DNA of 64,000 nucleotides from Candidatus Poribacteria bacterium (lineage in GTDB: Bacteria; Poribacteria; WGA-4E; WGA-3G), in assembly GCA_965202725.1 (NCBI GenBank), contig OZ241845.1:1834621-1898620 (forward strand), read 5' to 3'. Made by a program: the position numbers and the translations under genes. Numbering within the stretch: the stretch's first letter is position 1; each line of letters starts with the position of its first letter. The notes beneath the pieces were generated by a model. The model was not told the origin of the DNA. It was given only the letters and a program-made list of their open reading frames with translations, and did no database searches. Positions 38,170 to 47,391 of the stretch are shown here, piece by piece.

Positions 38170-38802
38170 CTAAGGAATAACTTGGGTCACATGACCGTTT
38201 GCATTGACTCCTTGAACTCTCAATTTAACCTGTGCTTCAGCATTCCAAGGGTAATAAGAACGTTCAAAAACAAGTTCCTCATTATTTTTAGTTTGTAACT
38301 GCACCGTTACCTTAAACCCGTCGTTCTTCAGAATAGCCGCTTTGACCCTGTCCCCGACCTTGATTTTCGGTTTCTCTGGTTCTTTTGGCGGTTGTGGTGT
38401 TTGCGTGTGAGGCATTTCCAGTGTTTGCTGTGGTGCTTGTGGTACTAGTGGATGGTGTTGTTCCTTGACAGCCCGTTCTGGCTCAACGCAATAGTATCGC
38501 ATCAACCGTAGACTCCAACCGAGAATCGTCAGGATTTCACCCGTATCACTGATACTATGAAGGTGCGTTTCACAGGCTTCTTGGATGTTTTGGTAATATT
38601 CCTGCGTCTGGCTGCTCCGAATGAGGGCATTTTGCGTATTTGCCAATCGATGAACGAGGTCCATGAGCCTATCCTTAGCGTTGTCTTCCCCTTTGTAGCG
38701 TCTCATGAAAGCAACTACTTTACCAAATTCATTAGGGTCCGTGTCCCAGTCAACCAAATCAAATGCGATGTCGTGGGCGATAGACCAATGTTTTTTATCC
38801 AT
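38170..38802 (-). CDS. Uncharacterised type III-linked protein: helical N-domain, Pro-rich linker, small beta-barrel-like C-domain
   Basis: 210 aa. The N-terminal roughly 125 aa are helical. The linker is 'PQAPQQTLEMPHTQTPQPPKEPEKPK'. The C-terminus 'IKVGDRVKAAILKNDGFKVTVQL...' looks KOW/OB/SH3-like. It sits between the last Cas7 gene and csx1. Confidence 0.4.
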   Translation of the reverse strand: MDKKHWSIAHDIAFDLVDWDTDPNEFGKVVAFMRRYKGEDNAKDRLMDLVHRLANTQNALIRSSQTQEYYQNIQEACETHLHSISDTGEILTILGWSLRLMRYYCVEPERAVKEQHHPLVPQAPQQTLEMPHTQTPQPPKEPEKPKIKVGDRVKAAILKNDGFKVTVQLQTKNNEELVFERSYYPWNAEAQVKLRVQGVNANGHVTQVIP

Positions 38803-38814
38803 GGGATACCTCCA

Positions 38815-39732
38815 TCAATAAAGTCCAGATGGGCAGTTTCTATCATTCGGGTAGCGGAGAATTTCAGCAAGCTTTTTCAATAGATCTATTTTGATGAGAG
38901 ATCCCATTGCTGCTTCTATGCATTTGCTTTTCCATTTCCTCAATTGTGCACCTGTCTTTGCCGATTTCGGCTGAACGTTCCAGTCTAAATACTTTTGCTG
39001 GTTTTGTTTTTCAACCTGAACCTCATCAATATCAATATCGATTGAACCGAAGCATACAGGCTTCGCACCGCCAATTTTGAGTTTAAATGGATAATCAGAA
39101 TTGTGTCCCAACGCCGTTAAAAACAAACCCCACTCTGCTTGGGTTAGGTTGTCAACCTGCACGACAAACTGAAATTTTGAATCTTCCTCCCATGCTTCAA
39201 CGGGGGTTTTACCCGTAGCCACCTCCCCGTGCTTGTAAAATTTTCGTCCTTGCTGTCGACGCGGCTTATAAAGCTCAGGGACATATTTCGTTACAATTTG
39301 TCCTTTAATTAGTGGAGCATCCTGTATTGCAATATTGGATTGAAAACCCATAGCCCCAAACATACGGCAGGAAACACACAGTTTACCTCCTGGACGACAT
39401 TCCGATGAACGGGTATTACAGATGCAGCTTTCCGAAATTGCCTCAACAACGCTCCGAATAGCACCTTTAAGTGAGCTACCGGGGATAAGGGCATTTCTAT
39501 CCGTTCGGACTGCTGTTTTGATAAGTTCTTCATTCTGATCGATATCAATAACGCCGCTGCCAATATAGATGGGGGATAATGCCTTTATTCTTCCAATGAC
39601 CTTACCTGTTGTATATGTATTTGTCTGGCGGTAGCTATCATGTCCGATTGGAGATTCTCTATTAACCCCCTGTGGAAGCGGAACAAAGTCGAAAGGTTTT
39701 AGTGCAGCCTGTTTGGGTTGAGATTGACCCAT
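38815..39732 (-). CDS. RAMP (Cas7 group, Csm5/Cmr6-like) subunit
   Basis: 'ALIPGSSLKGAIRSVVEAIS' G-rich RAMP loop, a C4 zinc-finger-like 'CICN...C...CVSC', and C-terminal 'GGAKPVCFGSIDI'. Confidence 0.7.
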   Translation of the reverse strand: MGQSQPKQAALKPFDFVPLPQGVNRESPIGHDSYRQTNTYTTGKVIGRIKALSPIYIGSGVIDIDQNEELIKTAVRTDRNALIPGSSLKGAIRSVVEAISESCICNTRSSECRPGGKLCVSCRMFGAMGFQSNIAIQDAPLIKGQIVTKYVPELYKPRRQQGRKFYKHGEVATGKTPVEAWEEDSKFQFVVQVDNLTQAEWGLFLTALGHNSDYPFKLKIGGAKPVCFGSIDIDIDEVQVEKQNQQKYLDWNVQPKSAKTGAQLRKWKSKCIEAAMGSLIKIDLLKKLAEILRYPNDRNCPSGLY

Positions 39733-39744
39733 GATTCTTGCTCC

Positions 39745-40230
39745 TTACTTTCTTACAAAAGCCATGTATCGCGTAAAACGAATAGTATGAGAAATGCTTT
39801 CTTTATACTGAATTATATTGATTTTTGGAGATTGGCACCATTTCATTGGATATTTAAGTTTTCGCGGGATTCGCGTATCTCGCCATGGTTTAGTTTCACC
39901 ACCACCGAGTAAGGATACTGCCTGTGGTTCGCTTGTTGCCCATTCACCCAATGTGGTAAATTCTGCTGGCAAATCTCCCTCAGACAACCAGAGTAGTGCG
40001 TAACCGATTGACTGCTTTCGCCAGCGGAGTTCCCCGTTTTTGTCAAATATTCTGCCCCATGTATACTCTTCTATTTCTTTTGCGTCTGGTGTTCCTTTTT
40101 TCCAATCGGTGATTTTATCCGGACTTTGGAGTAAGTAATAGGAAGGATCACCGAATTCTAGATCTTTAATTCGTTGTGTAAATTCCAAAATATTAGACGC
40201 TTGTGCGGTTGCAACAATCGCTTTTCCCAC
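39745..40230 (-). CDS. Small uncharacterised protein (161 aa) at the position occupied by Csx19 in III-D loci
   Basis: No motifs recognised. Trp-rich. Embedded between two Cas7 genes with 1-nt and 13-nt gaps. Confidence 0.35.
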   Translation of the reverse strand: MGKAIVATAQASNILEFTQRIKDLEFGDPSYYLLQSPDKITDWKKGTPDAKEIEEYTWGRIFDKNGELRWRKQSIGYALLWLSEGDLPAEFTTLGEWATSEPQAVSLLGGGETKPWRDTRIPRKLKYPMKWCQSPKINIIQYKESISHTIRFTRYMAFVRK

Positions 40231-41151
40231 TTACTCACCCCCTTCGACCATTTCGCGCCATGAACAGACACAGCCTTGCCATAGTGCGATGATTTCGTCC
40301 GGTGATTTAAGGTTTAGTGTAGCACCTAGTCCGTAATCATCTTGTTGTGCTTGTACACTTACATCGACGGAATCAGGATTAGGAAATCCATAATTGCATG
40401 CGTTATCCACAAGTTGTCCTGCGCCCACAACGATCTTGTCTTTAAATGATGTAGTTTGTCCTACAAATTTCAATTGCTTATTTTCAACAATCGCTGTTGG
40501 GTATCGAATTTCAACGCTGCTGACTTTCATGTTTACCTGTCCTAAGCCGCGTGATTTTGCGTAACCGAGACCTACCCGTTGTTCGTCAAAGTCACGGACG
40601 GCAAGTGCAATAAGTCCAAGCTGAGCTGTTGTAAAGTTCTTCAGAGTGATTTTCGTTCTAAACTCGCCTGAAATGATAACTTCAAAGTTGAACGGACCAA
40701 AGGCAACAGAACCAAAGAGCCTGTTGATCGCAACACCATTACGTTCTTCTCGACGAATTCCTTTCGGATCGATAGGATATGCATCGGCAATACGCGCATG
40801 CGCTGAAATTTTTGTACTGCCAAAGATTTGGCAAACCGTGCAGGTATTTTGGTAAAGGGCGGCACTGTCTTCTGCTTTTAAATTTCTACATAGCGAGTCA
40901 TCTTTCAACGGATCACATGTGGTGACATTCCCTCCGAGTGTCCGCACAATCCGCTCACAATGTGCACGAATCGCCCCTTTCAGTGAGGAGCCCGGAAGAT
41001 AAACGCTTCTATCCCCAGCATGATAGGTTTCAACGAACTCCATATCTGGTTTGGTCGGGTCTGCCCCTTGGTCGCTCGCTTTGATGAGCAGCGGTCCGAC
41101 AGGAGAGATCACTAATTCAATGATGGCTTGGTTGACAATCCGTTTGTGCAT
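40231..41151 (-). CDS. RAMP Cas7 (Csm3/Cmr4-like) subunit
   Basis: 'VYLPGSSLKGAIRAH', a zinc-finger-like 'C...C...CTVCQIFGS', and a G-rich loop 'GYAKSRGLGQV'. Confidence 0.75.
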   Translation of the reverse strand: MHKRIVNQAIIELVISPVGPLLIKASDQGADPTKPDMEFVETYHAGDRSVYLPGSSLKGAIRAHCERIVRTLGGNVTTCDPLKDDSLCRNLKAEDSAALYQNTCTVCQIFGSTKISAHARIADAYPIDPKGIRREERNGVAINRLFGSVAFGPFNFEVIISGEFRTKITLKNFTTAQLGLIALAVRDFDEQRVGLGYAKSRGLGQVNMKVSSVEIRYPTAIVENKQLKFVGQTTSFKDKIVVGAGQLVDNACNYGFPNPDSVDVSVQAQQDDYGLGATLNLKSPDEIIALWQGCVCSWREMVEGGE

Positions 41152-41987
41152 TAACTCCCCTCCGATTGCTGTTTAACTTTGTCGTGGAACGCATCTACCC
41201 ACGATTCCCAATTAGCATTGACTCCCATACAGTCTTTGGTCAGATAGTCTATGATATTAGAACCATCAATATAGGCTGTGGTATTAAGTGATAATTCGAT
41301 TTGTCCCAACCCGCGGCTACTTCCGCCGCCAATGGTCAATTCACCCTTCTCAAAAGCAGAAAGACCGAGGTAAAGCATACCGAGCTGCCAATCTGCAGCG
41401 TTGTCAACAATTGCATGAAAATTGAATACAACTTCTGCCGGAACGACTTCAAAATCGTAGAGTTTGCCATCTGAGGCTGTTTCTGTGTCCCGATCAATTG
41501 CAACACCGTCGCGTTGCTGATATTGATCGAACCAGAGATCCTGTTGCACATGCAAATCACGAATTTGCAACTTAGAAGCATACCACAACGATCCGAAGAG
41601 TTGACATACCCAACAAGTATACCCAAGAATTTTTTTGCTAAATTCTTGGTCTGTCCATTTATGCCGTTCCCGAGGATTTTTAAGGCCTCCCTCTCGTGAC
41701 TTTCGCAAACTTTGCATATCACTGCGGTTGATACACTGTCCGCCCTCATCAATAGGGTTACAAACCATGTGCTTGTCGTCTTTAAAGCTTCTCATTATAC
41801 TTTCAATGTAAGACCGGAGAACACCTTTGAAACTTGAGCCAGGTATGTAAGGGCGGTTTGCTGCGTCCCGCACGACAGGAAGATCGGAACTAATAGGTGA
41901 TGTGGAACGCCCCGCACCGATGCGAATTGCAGTTAACGTTTCAACCTCGCCCTCCAAAATGAGCCGGGATTGGAATTTATCAAACAT
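41151..41987 (-). CDS. csm3: RAMP Cas7 (Csm3-like backbone subunit)
   Basis: 'PYIPGSSFKGVLRSYIE', 'CWVCQLFGS', and 'GGGSSRGLGQIEL'. A conserved Asp ('SSDLPV') lies in the loop where the Csm3/Cmr4 catalytic Asp is found. Confidence 0.8.
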   Translation of the reverse strand: MFDKFQSRLILEGEVETLTAIRIGAGRSTSPISSDLPVVRDAANRPYIPGSSFKGVLRSYIESIMRSFKDDKHMVCNPIDEGGQCINRSDMQSLRKSREGGLKNPRERHKWTDQEFSKKILGYTCWVCQLFGSLWYASKLQIRDLHVQQDLWFDQYQQRDGVAIDRDTETASDGKLYDFEVVPAEVVFNFHAIVDNAADWQLGMLYLGLSAFEKGELTIGGGSSRGLGQIELSLNTTAYIDGSNIIDYLTKDCMGVNANWESWVDAFHDKVKQQSEGS

Positions 41988-42469
41988 TAGTTGTTACTCC
42001 CTTTGTATGCCAGAAAAGCTTGATACCGAGCAAGATTGCCTAAGTAAAGCTGCATCAAACGAACGTGAACGCTTTGAATATCTTCTGTCGTTGGATCTTC
42101 ACAGATAGATTGGACAAGATATTCAGCATTTTGAGCTAAGGCCTCAATCTCTTGAACTAATGCCACAGCGAAACTTTCTTTTTTACTTGCCTTGTCACCT
42201 TTACTTCCCTTGTACTTCCACATCGGATTTGAACCCTTCCGACCGAGTTGATAACGGATGTAATTCTTGGTTATTTCGATACCACTTCCAGATTCTGTGG
42301 CAACATTTAGCACATTGCGAAGTGGCGATTTCTGTGGAACATTGCCAAGATTATACCTATCCGCGAATTTCCGCATCTCCGGTATAAGTGTTTCCATCTG
42401 TTTACCTATTTTCTGCTCAACCTTTAAATTTTTCTGTTTTTCAGTGATAGCTCGTTCTGTTTGACTCAT
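41987..42469 (-). CDS. Type III small subunit (Cas11; Csm2/Cmr5-like)
   Basis: 160-aa helical protein, basic, located directly after the Cas7-Cas5 gene with overlapping stop and start. Assigned by size, position and composition only. Confidence 0.5.
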   Translation of the reverse strand: MSQTERAITEKQKNLKVEQKIGKQMETLIPEMRKFADRYNLGNVPQKSPLRNVLNVATESGSGIEITKNYIRYQLGRKGSNPMWKYKGSKGDKASKKESFAVALVQEIEALAQNAEYLVQSICEDPTTEDIQSVHVRLMQLYLGNLARYQAFLAYKGSNN

Positions 42470-44328
42470 CGTGTTTCCTCCTCATTTTGCAGCCAAGCGC
42501 CTTCTGATTTAACCTGCCCTCGTGACCGAAGATGGAACGCGTCGCAAATCGTTATCTGCCCGAAACCTTCTTCACGCCGATCGCCGATGCCGTTATTTTC
42601 GAGTGTCTGCAAGGCAGAAATCCACGCCTTAATATCAGGTGTATGAAAAACAAAGACGCTTCCCATTTTCGTGACAAGGTCCGTCTCTTTCGGTACCCCC
42701 CATGCCGCATTCCACCCACCAACATAATCGTAACTCGCAAAACTTCGGATGAAGGTCACTTCAGTCCCACAACCTGTCATCTGCTTAAGCATCGGAGCGG
42801 TGATAACCATGCTCCGCTGCCACCCATCTTCTGCTGTGAGAATCGCGTCGGATTGCAAGTTCACACTAAAATAAATGCCATCAAACGCACCTATTCCAAC
42901 GTTTGATAGCTGGAAATAGTTATTCCAAGTTTCTTGTAAAGCACAGTTAAATTTATCGATGCGTTGTTTCAATGTATCCTGCACTTCATATTTTTCCACT
43001 TTCAAACTAACTTTCCCAAGTCCGCGTGAACTTCCGCCTCCCAATCGTTTAACCTTTTTCTGTAACGTGTCGGCTACTTTATTCGTTAGGGCTGATGGAA
43101 CTTTCATTGTACCTTGCAAGTATACCTCTTTTCCATCAGTAGACAACGGGTCAACTGCTGTCAAATGGTAGAGTAACTCATCTTCAGCAACTTTACGCTG
43201 CCGGTTGATGGCAACGCGTGTGAGCAATCGCGTGTTAAGAGTATTTTTCGTATAAACACCGTTGGATTCTGTATAGAATCCGCTTTGTGATTCAACACGT
43301 TCCAAACAATGTGGGCAGTTTGGTTGATACATCTGATCTGCCTTTTCAGAAACGATTTTTTCAAAAAGTGTGTCGAAAATTCCGTGTTTATCTTTATCTT
43401 TTCCTCTCAGGAACCCAGAGAAATCCTTGCATCCCACAGCGGTTGCAGGTAACACATTAGCCCCCGGGGTGCAGTTCCGAAAGATACAAGCCTCGTCATT
43501 AAGGAACAGTTGGGTGAATTCATCATCAGGTTTACGATTTTCTAAATTAGATAATAACACATTTGCTAAAGCCCCACGTATTAACCCACCGCGAATATAA
43601 TTGACTGCCTCAACTGCCTGTCCTGCTGGTTTACGTCCACCTGTAATGATGGGTGATTCCAACGTAACATGAATTAATAACTCGGTGGATTCCTCTGAAT
43701 TGATTTCTATTGACTGAAGCTCTTGTGTAGTGGGTGTAATTTCTTTATGTTCAATTTTTAACCACCCGATTCCACGGGTTTTGCCTGAGCCGATGGCGTG
43801 AATGTATTTAAGTCCAGCGGATAGTAGTTTAATGTGATTATCTGTAATACTATTACTGATTGTTACATCCCCGGAAAATTCAAATCCAGCGTTAGAGAGG
43901 CTTGTCTCAGTGAAATAGAGACGTTGATCTTCTCCGACTCGCCTGCTGCGATTGATGGTGACTCCGCTTCGGATTTCCGTTGATTCTATTCCCAAATCGC
44001 TTTCCGGTGTGAGATCGCTAATAAATATCCTTGATTCCAATGTCGGTGAACCGAAAATTTGGCAAATAATGCAGTGATTGTCAACACACATATTCTCGGC
44101 ACGCGGACTATTACAAACGGAGTGATTTTCCATCCTGGGTGCAAGGACCTCACACGCGTGCCTCCAGATACCTTTAAGCGTTGAGGCAGGGATATATAGT
44201 TTGCCATCACGGGTCTTGACCGTTGACTTGTCTGCACCTATTTCACTACCACCGCTGTCACCGATGCACAGTGCTGTATCAACTGTTGTTGTAATCCGCC
44301 ACTGTTTTTCAGTCGTTGAATTCGTCAC
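42466..44328 (-). CDS. Large two-RAMP protein, probable Cas7-Cas5 (Csx10/Csm4-like) fusion
   Basis: 620 aa. The first RAMP has 'LYIPASTLKGIWRH', a C-rich thumb and 'CQIFGS'. The second RAMP starts around residue 215 ('YIRGGLIRGALANV'). C-terminal G-rich loop 'GGGSSRGLGKVSL'. Confidence 0.6.
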   Translation of the reverse strand: MTNSTTEKQWRITTTVDTALCIGDSGGSEIGADKSTVKTRDGKLYIPASTLKGIWRHACEVLAPRMENHSVCNSPRAENMCVDNHCIICQIFGSPTLESRIFISDLTPESDLGIESTEIRSGVTINRSRRVGEDQRLYFTETSLSNAGFEFSGDVTISNSITDNHIKLLSAGLKYIHAIGSGKTRGIGWLKIEHKEITPTTQELQSIEINSEESTELLIHVTLESPIITGGRKPAGQAVEAVNYIRGGLIRGALANVLLSNLENRKPDDEFTQLFLNDEACIFRNCTPGANVLPATAVGCKDFSGFLRGKDKDKHGIFDTLFEKIVSEKADQMYQPNCPHCLERVESQSGFYTESNGVYTKNTLNTRLLTRVAINRQRKVAEDELLYHLTAVDPLSTDGKEVYLQGTMKVPSALTNKVADTLQKKVKRLGGGSSRGLGKVSLKVEKYEVQDTLKQRIDKFNCALQETWNNYFQLSNVGIGAFDGIYFSVNLQSDAILTAEDGWQRSMVITAPMLKQMTGCGTEVTFIRSFASYDYVGGWNAAWGVPKETDLVTKMGSVFVFHTPDIKAWISALQTLENNGIGDRREEGFGQITICDAFHLRSRGQVKSEGAWLQNEEETR

Positions 44329-46888
44329 TTATATCTTCCTCGTTTTGGTCTTCAGGTTCAGGGATAAAATCATAAGCCTCAATTATATCGAAAATTAATG
44401 TTTCATACTCGGCTTCACCGGTTCGGTGTTCCACCGGTATCGTGTACCAAGGTCCCTGACCGTTCACGCTATGGGAAACACTTTGCCAATTATGTTCAAT
44501 TTGCTCCTGAAGCAGTTCGCCTTTTCCGTCTCCAAGACGACTTCGGAAGTAGAGGTAATCGAGCGTTGATGTTGATCTACCAAGTTCAATCGACTGCCGA
44601 AGTTGGTAGAGTTGTGAACGTGGGAACTCATCTTTTTTGAACGCTTGAATGGTGTGAATGAACCTCGAAAGTTCGTGCAATGTGAAAGGACGCATGGTTA
44701 ACACATTCTGTTCATCTGTTTTGTAAAATTTTTTGCGGAAATCGCCAAGTTCACTTGAAATCATTGAAAGCGACTTTAGCACGAGGAAATCAACCGTTCC
44801 ACCGAGATAAGCGACATCTGGCTTCTTTAACGTCTTTGCTCTGGCTTTTGCTGTTCTGAGTAAGCTACCGGCGAGATGCTCTAAAAATCCAACCGGTGTA
44901 TGTCCTTCAGCAATGACGAAACCCAATGAGAGACTAAATACTGGTTGCATATTCTGCTCATCTATCCATTCGCTTCGCGCGTAACGCTGAGATTTACGTA
45001 GTTTATCTTTTTCTGTAAATTTTGAGTAACTGTTAAATTCCTGATCGAAGTTTTTCCCAATAGCATGAACGACATCAAACGCCGCGCTACCCGGCACGAT
45101 GAGCAACAAATCATCTCCACCAATACTGATGATTTCAAATGGCAGGACTCCGTCATCGTTAGGTTTAAGATAGACAGCAAGTGCATCAAACGCTGCTTTT
45201 TGAAGTGCAATAAAAACACGTTCAGAAAACTGTCTATACTGCGCGGGAGTTTCAATGTTTTCCAAATATCCCCCCATGTTGTTACCATCAGCATAGATGA
45301 ACGTGATAAAACCTTTAGGATTACTTGTGTCAGCGATGTCTTCAAGGTCTTGAGGACCTCCCACATCTTCAAAAGGCTGGTCTTTGGTAAAATATTGATT
45401 CGCCTTAGCAGTTGCCTTCAAATAACTTTTGAATAGCGAACTCCAATCATTAAGATACCATCCTCCGTTTTCCTTTTGGGTCGCAGGTTGCCAACCGGAA
45501 AGTTGATCCAAATAGTGACTAATACTGCCCTGTTCCTTTGATTTATCATTTTCCTTTTTTGTGATACGCCCAACAACATATTTCCGTATGCATGCTTCAC
45601 AAATGTTTCGTGGATTGTTGATGATTGCGGGTCGCCGTTCGCAACTTTCACATCGGAGTTGATACGGACCGATTTCTACGTGTGTTGGTAGGTCGCGCCG
45701 TGATGTCCTGTTTGGTGCTGGATTCCCTTCTCGGCGACGCATCTGTTCTTGTGCCAACTTTGTTGTTAGCTCGCCGAAACATTTTCTATTGAAAAAATCG
45801 GCCTCAGTATCGCCATAATAGTTTGTCATCAGTTCTTTATTTTTTCCGTGCGCACACGTTTTACGGAAATCTTCCACCCAAAAATGTGTAGGATTGAGTC
45901 CATACTGTAACTCTAGTAGATCGAATGTATCGCCTACTGCTACACTGTTTGCGACAAGTGTTTCTTTGGTGTAAATCCGTTCAATTTCGTCTGCGATGTG
46001 GTAAACAATAGAAGCCGGTGTGAATGCCAGCGTATTGCCACCTGCAGCGTAGATGATGCATTCTGGCGAGTTGATCGTATGTCCTATCCGATCGCTAAAT
46101 TCTTTTCGGATGCGATCCGATTGCTTTTTATCATAGGGTTTCCGGCCGAATAGGGCAGGGACATATTCAAGATTAATGCGGTCAAGTAAGGCACTTGCGC
46201 CGCGAATCTCTGGAAGCTTGGAAGATTCAAGGAAGTAACCTTTGATCTTCGTCGCTCCACCTAACACAAGTCCGATCTGTTGTTTCTGATTCGGATCGTT
46301 CGGGTTGAGAGAATGCGTGCCGAATTGTCCTTTCTCGCCAATTGTTTCTCGATCAGAAGCGGCCGTTTTTGCCAGATATACGATGCGTTCAAGGTTGTTT
46401 CCATCTGCTTTAGGTTCAATCGGTGTGTTTCCAATCCACAATGCCTTGTAAACCTCGCCCATACCATCGCCTTGCCAAGTTGCGGTCATAGCAGAAAGAC
46501 GGAGTTTATCCAATGTTTCATCATTAGGGCGGGTATCTTCATCGTAACCAAGACAGTATGCTATTGCTGATGCGGTTAGGGAATGATCAGCAATGGTTGC
46601 TCCTGGGAGTGAAGGACAAGGCAGCCATCGAAACAGATGTTTGCCGTTTTTCCCTTGCCAGAGTTCTTGGATCTGTGGAAGCAGTAAGTCAAGAATACAA
46701 GAGACACGATCCGCTATGGGGAGATCCGCGCAGTCACCGATGTGTTCGACAGTCTGTTGAATTGTAGCATCCCAATCCTCCTCTGTGATACCAAACTCAT
46801 CTTCAAGAATCGGATCTTTCCAACTCGGATCTTTCCAACAGTGATGCCGGTCTTCAATCTGTTTACCTATTTTCCAGTCTCGTGTCAT
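44309..46888 (-). CDS. cas10: Cas10 (Csm1/Cmr2-type large subunit) with GGDD cyclase palm; no recognisable HD motif
   Basis: 859 aa. 'EIISIGGDDLLLIVPGS' is the GGDD palm. Treble-clef zinc finger 'CESCERRPAIINNPRNICEACIRK'. Degenerate first palm 'IIYAAGGNTLAFTP'. The N-terminal 200 aa lack an HD dyad. Confidence 0.85.
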   Translation of the reverse strand: MTRDWKIGKQIEDRHHCWKDPSWKDPILEDEFGITEEDWDATIQQTVEHIGDCADLPIADRVSCILDLLLPQIQELWQGKNGKHLFRWLPCPSLPGATIADHSLTASAIAYCLGYDEDTRPNDETLDKLRLSAMTATWQGDGMGEVYKALWIGNTPIEPKADGNNLERIVYLAKTAASDRETIGEKGQFGTHSLNPNDPNQKQQIGLVLGGATKIKGYFLESSKLPEIRGASALLDRINLEYVPALFGRKPYDKKQSDRIRKEFSDRIGHTINSPECIIYAAGGNTLAFTPASIVYHIADEIERIYTKETLVANSVAVGDTFDLLELQYGLNPTHFWVEDFRKTCAHGKNKELMTNYYGDTEADFFNRKCFGELTTKLAQEQMRRREGNPAPNRTSRRDLPTHVEIGPYQLRCESCERRPAIINNPRNICEACIRKYVVGRITKKENDKSKEQGSISHYLDQLSGWQPATQKENGGWYLNDWSSLFKSYLKATAKANQYFTKDQPFEDVGGPQDLEDIADTSNPKGFITFIYADGNNMGGYLENIETPAQYRQFSERVFIALQKAAFDALAVYLKPNDDGVLPFEIISIGGDDLLLIVPGSAAFDVVHAIGKNFDQEFNSYSKFTEKDKLRKSQRYARSEWIDEQNMQPVFSLSLGFVIAEGHTPVGFLEHLAGSLLRTAKARAKTLKKPDVAYLGGTVDFLVLKSLSMISSELGDFRKKFYKTDEQNVLTMRPFTLHELSRFIHTIQAFKKDEFPRSQLYQLRQSIELGRSTSTLDYLYFRSRLGDGKGELLQEQIEHNWQSVSHSVNGQGPWYTIPVEHRTGEAEYETLIFDIIEAYDFIPEPEDQNEEDISDEFND

Positions 46889-47362
46889 ACGCTTCCCCCT
46901 CAGATAGTTTGGTAACAGGAAACCAATGGTCTCCTATGTGACAGAAGATGTTTACTTATTTCTCGCGTTTACTGTAGTTATTATAGGTTGGATTTATTTA
47001 TTTTTCAACAAAAAAATGAGCAAAATCTATAGCTAATTACAGAATTATACAATATTTAAAAAAAAAAAAGCAAATTGTACTGGAAATTAATCAATCAAAT
47101 CGCCAACTGCATAGTTGGGACCATGACAGATTGTGACAACGTACTTGTTCAGTTTCGGGTCGAAGCATGCAACTGCCTCAAATAGGTGCGACACTTTGTG
47201 TGCCACAATAATCCGAAAATATCTCCGCCGCGACAATCAGTTCAAGTTTGTGTGCGAATTTTCTCCACAGTTGCATCCGAACATTCGAGTCCTCTTTGCT
47301 TTCTGGCCGGTAACGAAAGTAGCCAAACGCGATTTGAGAACATATCGGTCTTGTCTCCGAAA

Positions 47363-47391
47363 AGTATAGCTGAAATTGAAAAGAAAGTCAA
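47363..47391 (-). promoter_or_regulatory. cas10 operon promoter (A8, TTGACT-N17-TATACT, minus strand)
   Basis: The minus strand reads aaaaaaaaCTTGACT ttcttttcaatttcagc TATACT. It lies about 470 nt upstream of the cas10 ATG. It is preceded on the transcript side by a GC hairpin element (47425-47455) that separates it from the Rieske gene. Confidence 0.5.

Noticed and set aside
44309-46888. HD nuclease domain in Cas10.
   Set aside because: I read the first 250 residues looking for an H-D dyad with downstream H and D. Only isolated His (RHHCW) and no LLHDIGK-like block were found. I therefore call it HD-less, but a divergent HD cannot be excluded without a profile alignment.
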